Under the pieces are notes generated by a model. It had not been told where the DNA came from, did no database searches, and was given only the letters and a program-made list of their open reading frames with translations. Of a DNA stretch of 64,000 nt, positions 32,413 to 44,130 are shown one piece after another (within the stretch, counting starts at the first letter, position 1; each line of letters opens with the position of its first letter). Position numbers and translations under genes: made by a program. Source of the DNA: Anthoceros angustus (Eukaryota; Plantae; Anthocerotophyta); assembly GCA_010909165.1 (NCBI GenBank), contig MU008180.1:991884-1055883 (forward strand), read 5' to 3'.

Positions 32413-33370
32413 CGATCTCTTGGTTTTCTTAAAGAGATGCAAAATTGTAGATGATTAATTGGTTAAGTGAGTTATTATCTACATATATTTGAAGAAAAAA
32501 TGAAAATTCTTGCGGACAAGGAGCTCATACTAAATAAACAGTTTCTTGCGATTTATAAGCACCGATGCTATTATTGTACATTATTACAGATAATTTACAT
32601 GAATACGTAATGTAAGATTCTACAGGTATAGAGTGATTCCTGATTCTTTTGCATTGTCCATAAAATATTTAGGTGAACAATCTAACTGTCAAGATACCTT
32701 CGGAAACAAATATACACATTTGAATATGCGCGGGCCTTGAAACTGTACAGAGGCATGACCCCGAAGTAGACCGCTGTCCTCTAGACGTGCGGCTAAACGA
32801 GGGTAGACGGCCATGAGTCTCAGATCAAGACGTTCCAGACTACAGTTTCCCCAGGAACTTGACATAACTCCAGGAACCTGACATAACTGTAGATATGAAG
32901 ACTTCCAAATCGGCTGCAAGCCACGGGAAACTGAAAGAGCTGGATTCATGGCATGACCACCGGTATAAGGGAAGAAGAAAGGAATTCCACATTCCAGCAC
33001 TGCATCGTCAGAATGAAGCCACTTTGCAGCAACTTACGCATTGAATGCAAGCTCCAAGCTACCAGTGTACGGAATGACGGCCTCACAACCCGAAGTCCCA
33101 GTCAGGTGACGGGCATTAGTTCAAGGGACATCTGTGCTGTACCACAGAAAGCAGCAGACTCAGCAGGCTACTGAGGTGAGTAGGGAAGGCAAGAAGCTGC
33201 AGCGCAAGCATGCCCTACCCAGTCAAGAAAGGAGCATTCCCCATCCTTTCAACAACACACCAAGCAGGCTACTGACATGCACCATGGCAGGCGGACCATG
33301 AGCAGCTGGGAGCTGCAACCCAGACCTTGTCAAACCTTCTTTACCGTGAGGAAAGCAGCTACGCTGGAAT

Positions 33371-34946
33371 AAGCAAACCAACCCTGCCCTTGCTACCGCC
33401 CTGCTCCAAACCGGGCATCCCGCTCCAGCAAAGACTGCGGAGTCTTGGCCCTCCGGTTCTCGTTCCACGTGCTAGCCGCATGCTCGATGCCCTGCCCGGC
33501 CACCATCCTCACAGCCTCCACCCCTCTTTGTAAAGAGAACTCCAAAGCCTCCCGCTCCTCCGGGCTGAATCTTTGCAGCACGAACACGTTCACGTGCATC
33601 GAGGCCGGCGGCCTCCCGATCCCCACCCTAAGGCGGGGGAAATCCGTGCTCCCCCTGAAGCTCTTCACCACCGACCTCACCCCGTTGTGCCCGCCATGGC
33701 CCCCTCTGGGCAGAAGCCGCATGACCGCGAAATCCAAGTCCAGGCAATCCACGATCACCAGCACCCGCTCCACCGGGATCCTGTAGTAGGCTGCCATCGG
33801 CCCCACCGCCTCCCGCTCACGTTCACGTACGTCTGAGGCAGCCAGCAGCACCGGGGTCCCCGAGATCTTGCCCTTCCCACCACAGACTTGTGCTGCACCA
33901 CCGACATCTTGATGCCCTCAGCCGCAGCAATCGCGTCGATCATGTCGAAGCCGACGTTGTGCCGGGTGCCCGCGTACTTGGACCCCGGATTGCCGAGACC
34001 CACGATCAGCCACGGCACCTGGGCGCCTGAAGCTCGGACCAGGCTTGGCCCGACCATCTCCTGGCTGTCCGCAGCCGCGCCGGGAGCGGAGCCCTGGGTC
34101 GTGAGCGAACCCACTGCATCCGCGATGGGCTCGGAACGCGCAGCATCCTCCCCACCGCGCAAGCAAAACCAACCCTGCCCTTGCTACCGCCCTGCTCCAA
34201 ACCGGCATCCCGCTCCAGCAAAGACTGCGGAGTCTTGGCCCCTCCGGTTCTCGTTCCACGTGCTAGCCGCATGCTCGATGCCCTGCCCGGCCACCATCCT
34301 CACAGCCCACTTTGTAAAGAGAACTCCAAAGCCTCCCGCTCCTCCGGGCTGAATCTTTGCAGCACGAACACGTTCACGTGCATCGAGGCCTCCGATCCCA
34401 CCTAAGGCGGGAAATCCGTGCTCCCCTGAAGCTCTTCACCACCGACCTCACCCCGTTGTGCCCGCCATGGCCCCCTCTGGGCAGAAGCCGCATGACCGCG
34501 AAATCCAAGTCCAGGCAATCCACGATCACCAGCACCCGCTCCACCGGGATCCTGTAGTAGGCTGCCATCGGCCCCACCGCCTCCCCGCTCACGTTCACGT
34601 ACGTCTGAGGCTTGGCCAGCAGCACCGGGGTCCCCGAGATCTTGCCCTTCCCCACCACAGACTTGTGCTGCACCACCGACATCTTGATGCCCTCAGCCGC
34701 AGCAATCGCGTCGATCATGTCGAAGCCGACGTTGTGCCGGGTGCCCGCGTACTTGGACCCCGGATTGCCGAGACCCACGATCAGCCACGGCACCTGGGCG
34801 CCTGAAGCTCGGACCAAGGCTTGGCCCGACCATCTCCTGGCTGTCCGCAGCCGCGCCGGGAGCGGAGCCCTGGGTCGTGAGAGCGAACCCCACTGCATCC
34901 GCGATGGGCTCGGAACGCGCAGCATCCTCCCCCACCGCGCAAGCAA
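33371..34946. repeat. Tandem duplication of a ~790-bp unit covering the PTH coding exon
   Basis: Units 33371-34160 and 34161-34940 are nearly identical except for small indels; the junctions share the microhomology aagcaa (33371, 34161, 34941). Confidence 0.9.
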
Positions 34947-35207
34947 GCCTGCGGGAAAGCACACTTTTGCAAGCGTCTGCTTTATTACATTTGTGGGCGT
35001 GCTGAGGGCACAGTTTTGCAAGCTTATGCTTTATCACCTTTGTGGGCGTGCTATTTTCATGGATATCTCGGCCCCCTTCCCCCTCCAACCACCACGTCCC
35101 CTAACCTCCTCCTCCCCCCATCTCCCTTCTTCTCCCTCGCTCTCACCCCCCAAACCCACCCAGCTTTCCACCGATGAGGAAGCCCTGGCCGGGCTGCAGG
35201 GTTTCAT
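33393..35207 (-). CDS. Peptidyl-tRNA hydrolase (organellar PTH/CRS2-like); main exon duplicated and frameshifted in this assembly
   Basis: PWLIVGLGNPGSKYAGTRHNVGF, LLAKPQTYVNVSG, VIVDCLDL, GGHGGHNGVRS, FPRLRVGIGRPP, FVLQRFS. The 5' exon and start codon are uncertain. Confidence 0.85.
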
Positions 35208-35345
35208 GGCTTCAAGGGTAAGAAGGCCCCATGACTCAGAAGCTCTCCAGGGAGGTCTGCTGCCCCTGGACTCTGGTCCCCTTGGGACCCCACCTCTGCA
35301 CGAGGTGCATTGGGACTGTTCTTTGCTTCAACGGGCAAGCAATTT

Positions 35346-35462
35346 AAGGGTCTGTTCTTAAGGCTAGGCCGCTTGCAAAGTGCCCACGAGGGCCGGGCAA
35401 GGCTGCAAGGATCTGCTCTTAAGGCTGGTCCTCTTGCAATCCGCCCAAGAGGGCGGGGCAAT
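35346..35462. repeat. Two imperfect ~61-bp tandem repeats upstream of PTH
   Basis: aagggtctgttcttaaggctaggccgcttgcaa..gcccacgagggccgggca at 35346 and aaggatctgctcttaaggctggtcctcttgcaa..gcccaagagggcggggca at 35407. Confidence 0.75.
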
Positions 35463-35624
35463 TGTACTGAGTGCCGTTAGAGGGATTTATCGTGGATAGA
35501 GATCATATTTTGGGCAGTTTAACAACTGCTTACAACAACAACGCTTTTTGCAAGCGGAGACGAAGACAGGAAAAAAAAAAGCATATGTTATAGTCCAGTA
35601 AGGACGGGAAGAGACATCGTGTAT

Positions 35625-35687
35625 TAAGGAGCCCTGGAAGCCATGAAAATTCTGTCCCAGTGGACTACAATGGACTTCTTCTTCTTA
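35625..35687 (+). mobile_element. 3' end of the same (TTC)n-tailed retroelement family
   Basis: gccctggaagccatgaaaattctgtcccagtggactacaatggacttcttcttctt resembles the reverse complement of 24451-24530. Confidence 0.5.
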
Positions 35688-36000
35688 GTATGGCGTGCTT
35701 GTTGTTAAGCCGTTCTACCCCTTTCTAGCCTCTCCTTGTCTATCGGCTGCAAAAAAGGTTATTGTTGTAAGGTTTTATGGTGCTTTTTAGACAATTATTT
35801 ATATTGTTGAAAGGCCCTTCAGGGTCCTTTAAATTAAGTAGAATATGAATAATCGACTTATTCACCATATGAAAGAAATAGTAAAAAAATTTTAAATTAA
35901 AGTTTGATATAAAATATGTAAAGTATAATACTTAATTTATTAGGAATAAATAACATCCCTTTTCTAGCAAGGCATGCATGCACACAGTTAAAGGCAACAA

Positions 36001-36285
36001 CATACACTAGCACTAAACCTACCAGTAGCTTACTGTCCTCCCAAGGACAACTTACACATAACATCCATACACTAGCACTAAACCTACCAGTAGCCTACTG
36101 TCCTCCCAAGGACAACTTACACATAACATCGTTGGTGTTACTCTTCACTATAGCAAGAGTACAAGAGAAATCACTACATACATACTAGCACTAGGCCTCC
36201 AAGTAGTTTGCTGGGTTCCCAAGGACAACTCACAAACAACACCTCTGGTGCTGCTCTTCACTATAGCAAGAGTACAAGATAGATC
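36001..36285. repeat. 65-bp tandem repeat in an A-A-B-A'-B' arrangement, possibly part of an LTR fragment (about 35990-36480)
   Basis: catacactagcactaaacctaccagtagc(t/c)tactgtcctcccaaggacaacttacacataacatc at 36001 and 36066; ctcttcactatagcaagagtacaaga twice (about 36140 and 36255); TATA-like cttatatac on the minus strand near 36415. Confidence 0.7.
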
Positions 36286-37859
36286 AAAGAGTAGATCTAT
36301 AATACGCCGTAAGCTTCAGATGTACTTAGCTCTCTCCCGGGCTTAAGCTCCCTGGGTTCTCTACACCTCAGTCCTAGCCTTCCCAACTAGGCAATGAGCT
36401 AACCTCATTGTGTATATAAGGAGGGTTACTTCATTCCTAAGCAACTGTTCCTAAGCAAAACCTCACTACCACCAACTTCTTAACTTATCTTTCTATTTAA
36501 TAATTATTAAATTAAAGTTTAATATTTAAATATGAAATATAGCACTCACTTCGGTGGCTGTGCATAAGAAGAGAAGACATACAAAGACACACTAAAAAGA
36601 CATCAATAAAATCTTCCCCGAGACACACTAAGAAGCTATGTTTCCACATTATGAGTCCTTTAGATTGTTCATGAGACTCTCTTTTTACCATACCCACGTA
36701 ACCAACCCAAACGCCAGCGGGCAATTGCGTTAGCTATCCCTCAACGTGCTGATTATGTTTAATACATATGTTAATTTAGAACATCGGGTTGGAGAGGCGA
36801 TTCGACGGAGCGAAGGCTTGCAGTCCCAACTTGGCAGCGCTCAAGTCGGCTACCAGTTAGCTGACAAGTTTTGTGAGTTGGAACAATGCTTGAAGCAATT
36901 GCGAGAGCTGGAAAATCTGCTTCTTGCGATCAAGGAGCAGGGAGGCACGGGCCAGGAACATCTGTCTGTGTTATTCTGGGTGATTGAGCAACTGGGATGG
37001 GTGCAATGTTTAACCCTTGCCCTCGAGGCAAAGTGGCAGAGGCTGCTCGACAAGGCGTTTATCAGCTTTGAAGAACAGCTGGAGACTACCCCTCGGACAT
37101 GGAGCTGGTTTCAAGAGCAGTATAGCAGGGGTTTGCTCCTTCGTCGTGGCAGGCAAGAGCGCTGCCTTGATATTCCAAGGAGGGATGCGGTCAAAACCCT
37201 CTTTTAACGGTGCATCATGTTGGCTCAAGGGGAAGTCCATTCTACCTGCATCGTATGCAGGAGTGGGTGGACGTGATGGTGCTAGTGTAGTAGTCCGGTG
37301 TGGTGAGCCCTGTTTTGAAAATTGCCGTCAGGTTAGTCCCCGGCTGGGTGGTGTCTTCTCTCCCTGCTCTTTCTAGTGCCTAGCTATCTAGCTCCAGCCT
37401 GTGCTCATGCTCCAGGCCTGTTTTGTAACTGTACACCTTTATAAAGCCACGGTTTCACAAAATAAAGGCTTGCAGGAGCAAAAGGCACTGGATTTGGAAA
37501 AGTCCTTGGATGCCGTGGTAGATTTAGAAAGTCAGCTTAGCAGGTCTGGGAGATTGCAGGGGATATAAGAAGAAGAACGTGGTACAGTCGAAGCATACAT
37601 ATAAGCATCAAGATATCTGCTGGAAGCTGTCGTATGGGAAGTTTGGGAACAAGAGACTGCAATATGGCCAGCACGTGGGTAGCACGAGGGGTGAGACGTG
37701 AACTCTGAACTCTCTTGTCTTCGTCTTTCCACCTGCGTTGAAATGGCTCTGACTGCTTGTTGTTGGAACCGGAGCTAAGGGAATGGCTAAATGCGATCCT
37801 GCTGAGTGGTCCATGAAACCGCCATGTAATTTGATGGTTGTCGAGCTTGTTGTTTGAAC

Positions 37860-40800
37860 GATGGACCTCGTGATTGGGAACAGGTTAAAAGGAAGTGCAA
37901 GTATCTGGGAAGAACCAGAACTGTCAGGATTCAAACCGAAGAGGCCTACTTGCGGGATGATATTCCCTGTGGCTATGCGAAATGCCAGTTTTGTCAGCAG
38001 GAAATGCCACCACTACCAGCAAATGCTTCACATTATGTGGTACATGCCCCAAGCTCTTGCATTTGCGGTTGTGCGTTGCGCTGGATTGTGTAGAATTGCA
38101 GACCAGCTGAGCCTTTTCTGTAAGGATGCAGGTGCCGGATGCAGATGCCATTCTTGAGTTCCTTGAGATTTTTGAGCTGCCGCAATTTACCGGTGTCATC
38201 TGTCTTACATCTGTTTTGAAGCAGGTCCTACTTTTACTGTGTCTCGTGGCTTTAGTGTTGCTGTTGAAGTATCTATGTTGGTGTCTCGCTAGAGGCTAAC
38301 TTGCAAATCCTCTGTCCAGGTTATGGCTCGGTCGAAGCAAAGATACAGGAGATTGAGGTGCGCCCTCGTGGTTGGAGTTTGTCTATCTATTCTGAGTTTT
38401 ACGTTTCAGCAATCCTCTGGTGGATTGTGATGACCAACAGTGAGTGCACGAATGTATGCAGGTCACTATGCACAGACCCTAGGAGAGGTTGTCTCTTTTT
38501 TGATGATGAACATTTTCTGTATACATCGGAAGCCATACCCTCAAATCCGAAAGGTGACTAATTGATGCTAATCAGTCTGTCCCCTCCCATTGTTTTTAAT
38601 GGGTCTTATGAGTTTTTGACGCTGGGTTGTCATCCAGGTACCAAAGGTTTTGCAACCTGGTACTCAGAGCATATTGGAAAACACAAGCCTGTCGTTGTGT
38701 GGACTGGCAAAGAAAGGGACCCATTTTCGTTTGATGATGACGATGAGGAGGATGAAGAAGCTGATTTGCTGGAGCAATTCAACCGTACACTGGCATTTGA
38801 CTTTGAACCTGAAGAAGATCAAGCCATTAAGGTTGATATTCCTTTTGCAATATGAGCTGACCTCTCTGTGTTCAAAGACTTTCCTCTCTGTCTGTGACTC
38901 GTCCTTTGGAGTACTTAGCTGCCTGTTTGGCAGGTTTTGAGTACAAAGGACTACTTTCAGAGCTTCTGGACTGATGACGGAGCAGTGATGGAATTGTGTA
39001 ATACTTTGGTACGTTGTGAGGCCTCATTCGGGAATGTCTGCTTCCCTTTTTTATCTGAAAGAGGTTGACCAGGTTCTTATCTCACCAGTTAGAATCGCGA
39101 GTGGATCCGGTCGGAAGGACTTTGGATGGTATCTCCACATTACAGATCAGCTCAAGAGCTGATCGAAAAAGCTCCTCTATTTATCAAGAGCATTTTTCAG
39201 GTCAAAGGGTCACCTTCTGTTTTTCTTGATCTGAAAATTTGCATTTTCATCCACATTTGCACTCTGGGCCTGTCACGCCCTCAGCCTGCCTGAAAGGGGG
39301 ATCTGGGGCCTTGCATTGACATGCTCTTTGACTCTGCTGGCAGCCCACATGATTGAAGAAGGGCTTGTGGATGGAACACTTCGGGTAGGTGTATTTCATG
39401 TAAGCAAACATGATCCGGCTGAGGGCTTTGTGCGACCCAGGTATTTATTGATACCAGTCAGCATGGTTGATGTTGCCAACAAGTAATAGGATTTACAGGA
39501 CACTGTGTTTATAAGTGGTAGAGTATTCATGCGGCAGATAGCTAGATTGACATCTGTGTGGGGGCTTCTCCAATCAGCAACAAGAACGAAGCATCTCAGC
39601 TGGAAATATTGATTCCAGGATCATCACTCCAGAATAGGGCGCTACCCGGAGATCTCGTTGTGGTAAGTTGCTTTGCCAGAGAGGACTTACTAACTTATTG
39701 TACTTCACTTCAGTGTCTGATAGTCATTTATATTCGGGAATAGGTGCATCTGCTATCTCAGTCAGAGTGGAGAGCTCCAAAACAAGGCCTGCGTCAACTA
39801 ACGCTGAAATCCAGTGACCCAGAGTCTCCGAGCCTGGAGGATGATGAATTGCGTGAAGATGGCAGCCTGGAGTCCTTTGGGAAAAGTGCTGCAGATATCA
39901 CGTCTGCTGCAGAGCAGACTGTTCCAACAGGCAAGGTAGTGGGTATCTTGCAAAGAAAACAAAGGGATTATGTTGCTTGCCTTACAGAAGAGGCTGAGAG
40001 TGAGATTCTGCAGTCAAGGTCTGACATGTAAGTTCTCCTTTTGTTACCTGGGAGTTTTCTTTCCGTTTGTTCCTTTAGCATATGAGCTTGCACTTGTAGT
40101 ATCTGCAGCCTTGAGTTTCTCAATGTACATGGATTGCATGATGCAGGCTGTGGCAGCTGCTATGCTTCCCAAGAGATAGGCGTATTCCCATGGTTTGTTG
40201 TCTTCCTCAAATTTGTGCTTCAATATGTCATCCTGTTCTCATAAGCAGATAATTCATCTCATTGTGCTCTTCCAGGTTCGTATCACAACCCGGCAAGGTT
40301 TGCTCCTTGTGGGGCAGAGGTTTGTAGTCCGTATAACAGGTTGGGAGTGCAACTCAAAGCATCCAGAAGGACATCTGGTTCGTGTTTTGGGGCCTATTGG
40401 CGATCTAAACACTGAGACTATTGCCATACTGGTGGAGAATGAGATCAACATTTCAGCTTTCAACAGCTTGTAAGTTATCCTGTAGCCAACTAAACATCTA
40501 TTCGAGGCACAGGCCAGTAGGCCCTAGATAAATTGAGGTTCTGATACAGAATGTGGATGATCAACAACAGGGCTCTTCAGGAATTGCCACAAAGCTCTGA
40601 AGATGGACCATGGACAATTCCAGAAGAAGAATTTTCTCTCCGCCGGGATCTCCGCTCTGCGCACAGGACATTCAGGTGTAGCGTGCCTACTTCTTCAGCT
40701 GTTGGGCTGTTATTTTAGGCTGGCTCAGTACTATGATGTACACAACTTTGGAGCAATGTTAAATCTTTTGTGAATGGCAGTGTTGATCCTCCTGGTAGCA

Positions 40801-43800
40801 AAGATGTAGATGATGCGCTTTCAGTCCGGCATCTGCAAAATGGTCTACTTGAGGTGCTCTTTGTCTGTTGTCAAGTATGAACGCATTGGTAGAAACTAGC
40901 AGGGTCCAAAGTATCTTAATGTGTCATCTCTTGCCGTTTTATACAGGTTGGGGTTCACATTGCAGATGTGTCATACTTTGTGAAGCAAGGAAGCCTACTA
41001 GATATGGAAGCTCGTGACCGTGGAACAACTGTGTATATGGTTGGCAGGAATTGGCCAATGCTCCCACGCCTTTTGAGGTAAAGAGCTGGCTCTTCATGGC
41101 CTTAGTATCAGTCCGTAAATACAATTTTTCTATATACTCTGTTGTCTTCTGAATTTGTCAGTGAGGACTTATGTTCACTGCTGGGAGGAAAAGACCGACT
41201 GGCTGTCAGTGTCATTTGGACAGTCAACCCTGTCAACGATTTTGAGATAGTGGATGTATGGTTTGGGAGAACCATCATCAATTCTCAGCATCAGGTACTA
41301 AACAAGTAACGAGGCAAACTTGGAACTTGCGTAGCTGGTACACAAATGATCATCTGACCATGCTTTGTACATTGGACAGATGTCGTACGCTCAAGCTCAA
41401 GGTATTTTGGATGGCCATCCACTTCCTGTCGGTTTGGAAATAATTGGTGGAATGGATGAAGTGAGGCAAATGCAGACAGAACTGGCAGTGATTGCCAAAT
41501 TCGCTGAGGTGAGTTGTGAGGTAGATCCATTTTGTGTTTTTCCAGTGACTGATGGATTCGGTGTCTTTTGTAGTTTCCCGCCTTTTGTATCTACCGCAGT
41601 GCACTTGTGGCTGAATGCTTCTGCTGTTTAACTTCAACTGCAGATAAGACGAGCACTTCGGAAAGCAGATGGAGCAGTTGAACTCTCGAATGCTGAGTTG
41701 AAGTTTGATGTGGATGAAGTAACAAACCCTGTGAATGTCGAGGCAAAACTTGAGCTACCTGTACGAAAAGATGATGTTTAACCCAGTCAGTGCTGAGTTT
41801 ATTTTGTTAATTAATTGTTTTCTTTCAATGGTCATCTCAGACACACTTTCACTCCTGCAGATGAATTCAATTGTAGCAGAGCTGATGATATTGGCCAATG
41901 CATTTGTGGCTGAGCGCATTTATCAGTAAGATATGCTCTTTTAGCTTGTGAGTTGTCGGGAAAACCACCCATTTCCTTGTTACTTTTTGCCACTGTTGGC
42001 CTCTGTCCTGAACACCTGAGCTTGCAGGTCATTCCCTATGTCATCTCTTTTACGGCAGCATGCTCCTCCAAAGCTAGACAGCTTCACATTATTATTGGAG
42101 GTAAGAGCGAGGCCTTTGTTTGCTGAGCTTTGCCAGGTGGAGTTTCTTCGTCTGTTTTGCAGCAGCGCACTAACAGCTCAGCAAACCGCAGTGCTGTGCA
42201 GCCAGAGGATTTGCGTTGGATGCCTCCAGTAACAAGGTACAGGCACTCAAATTGTCTCTAGTATTTGCGGTTTTTTTGCTCCAAAGAAAGCCATCTCCTC
42301 ACAATGCTGTCAACTTACAGTCATTGGCAGCTTCCCTGGACAGCATGCGAGAAAGCAGTGATCCTGTCATTGAGGTATGAAGATGATCTTTTGTCCAGTC
42401 TCATTAGCCTAATGTCACTGCATCACTTAACTTCCATCGCTTGTCCTCTCAGTTCTGTACATTGAACTAATGGGCTTGTTTGGTGTTGGATGCTAAATTT
42501 GGCAGCATGCATTCAGGGCTCTGGTGACTCGAGCTATGTCAGAAGTAAGTTGCATGTACACAGGCATGTGCTTAAACTGTTTGAAAACCAATGAAGTTTG
42601 AGTTCATCTGCAATTCTTTGTCTGACGCTGGGTAAGGTTTTCAGGCCATGTACTGCGCAACTGAAGTGGTCTCTGAGTCAAGTAGTTTCTACCATTACGG
42701 ATTGGCGTTAAAGTAAGACACATCAGATGTGCTTGAGTAATAGTAATGTTATCTTTACTTGACGAGGAGAATGTTTCTTCATCCACATTTTGACACTGTT
42801 TAACGGTTTACAGGTTTTATACACATTTTACGTCCCCCATTCGGCGTTATGCTGATGTGCTAGTGCATCGTATGCTGCTGGAGGCTGTTGAAGACAATTC
42901 GCATAGCGCAGTGAAGAGACCTTCGTCTATTGGTGTCAGGCAGACGTACGACCTGAAAGAGGTACTCTTGGACACTACAACATGTGGAGGTTAATCCTTA
43001 TGACAGTGAGGTTTATTTTTTTTTGTGAAGGGTAATACTTCTGACAAACGCTTGAACCTGCAGACAGTAAACCATTTGAACCAGCGGCATAGATCAAGCA
43101 AGGTAGCTCAGAAGGAGTGCAATGAGCTCTATCTACTCATGTATCTTCAGAAGTATGCAAAGGCAGAGCATGCGGTTGTAAGTTCTCTAGCCACGCCAAT
43201 ATTCCCTGGGTATGTTTGACCAACTCCACCACTAACACAATTCAAATCGTGCAGGTTCTGCGAGTACTCCCCAAGGGGCTTGAGGTGTTTGTACCAAAGT
43301 ATGATATTAGAGGTCCTGTGTATTTGCAGGTATATCTTTGTGAACGTTTAAGCATATTATTTAACTGTCTCACGTAAATGCGTCAGGTCCCTCTAAGAGC
43401 TGGCTCTCTTGTGCAGACCAAAAAAGGTGATGTCCTACTTCCTGCAGAGGATGATGGAGAGGATAGATTACTGCCATCGTCAACGCTCCAGAGAAGTCAA
43501 GGAAGCATCAAAGTTCTCGTATGTGTTTAAACAGAGTCATACTTCATGGCATGCATTTGCAATTTTGGGCTCCTTGTTTCCCATGGGTCGTGTCTTTTAA
43601 CTCCAGAGGGGAAATGCAGGATCCTACGTCGAGAATGCCTTTAGTCGAGTACAGTCTATTAGATCCGCTTTGCGTTCAGTTGAAGGCAGACGGTAAGTTC
43701 ACCAGTTTTTCTTCAAAAAGTTGTTGGATGTATGTAACTCTCGGTAATGTACAGCAGTCCGTCGTTGAACCTCCTTTGACTGTGTGGTTCAGGGTCTCGT

Positions 43801-44130
43801 GTACATAGTCCCACTCTACGGATTCGGGTGTTGAGTCCCAATCACAGCGCAGCAGTTGCTTGTGAGGCAGAGAGAGCACAATTTAATCTCTCGAATCCTA
43901 GAGATCGCCCAGGCAGAAGAGAAGCCCACCCACCCCGGTTGACTCATGCCGGGAAGCATGTTGAGAAGAACAACGCGATCAAGGCCATGGAGGCTGTTGC
44001 ACTTGCCCACATTCCCTCTCCACTCCTTCCGGAGCCAAGCAAAAAGAGGAAAGCCTCAACCGTGAGCGAGGTGGCCGGGACGTGGAAGCGCTCTAAATGC
44101 GAAGGTGGGTTCCCTGTCCACCAAGCATGA
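37860..44130 (+). CDS. DIS3/RRP44-family 3'-5' exoribonuclease (PIN-like, CSD, RNB, S1), DIS3L1-like, many exons
   Basis: [37 protein letters not shown] (CR3/PIN); [11 protein letters not shown]; [18 protein letters not shown]; [27 protein letters not shown]; [34 protein letters not shown]; [21 protein letters not shown]. The start codon could not be placed. Confidence 0.9.

Noticed and set aside
36001-36285. CRISPR-like array
   Set aside because: The units are contiguous 65-bp tandem repeats without unique spacers, in a eukaryotic context with no cas genes.
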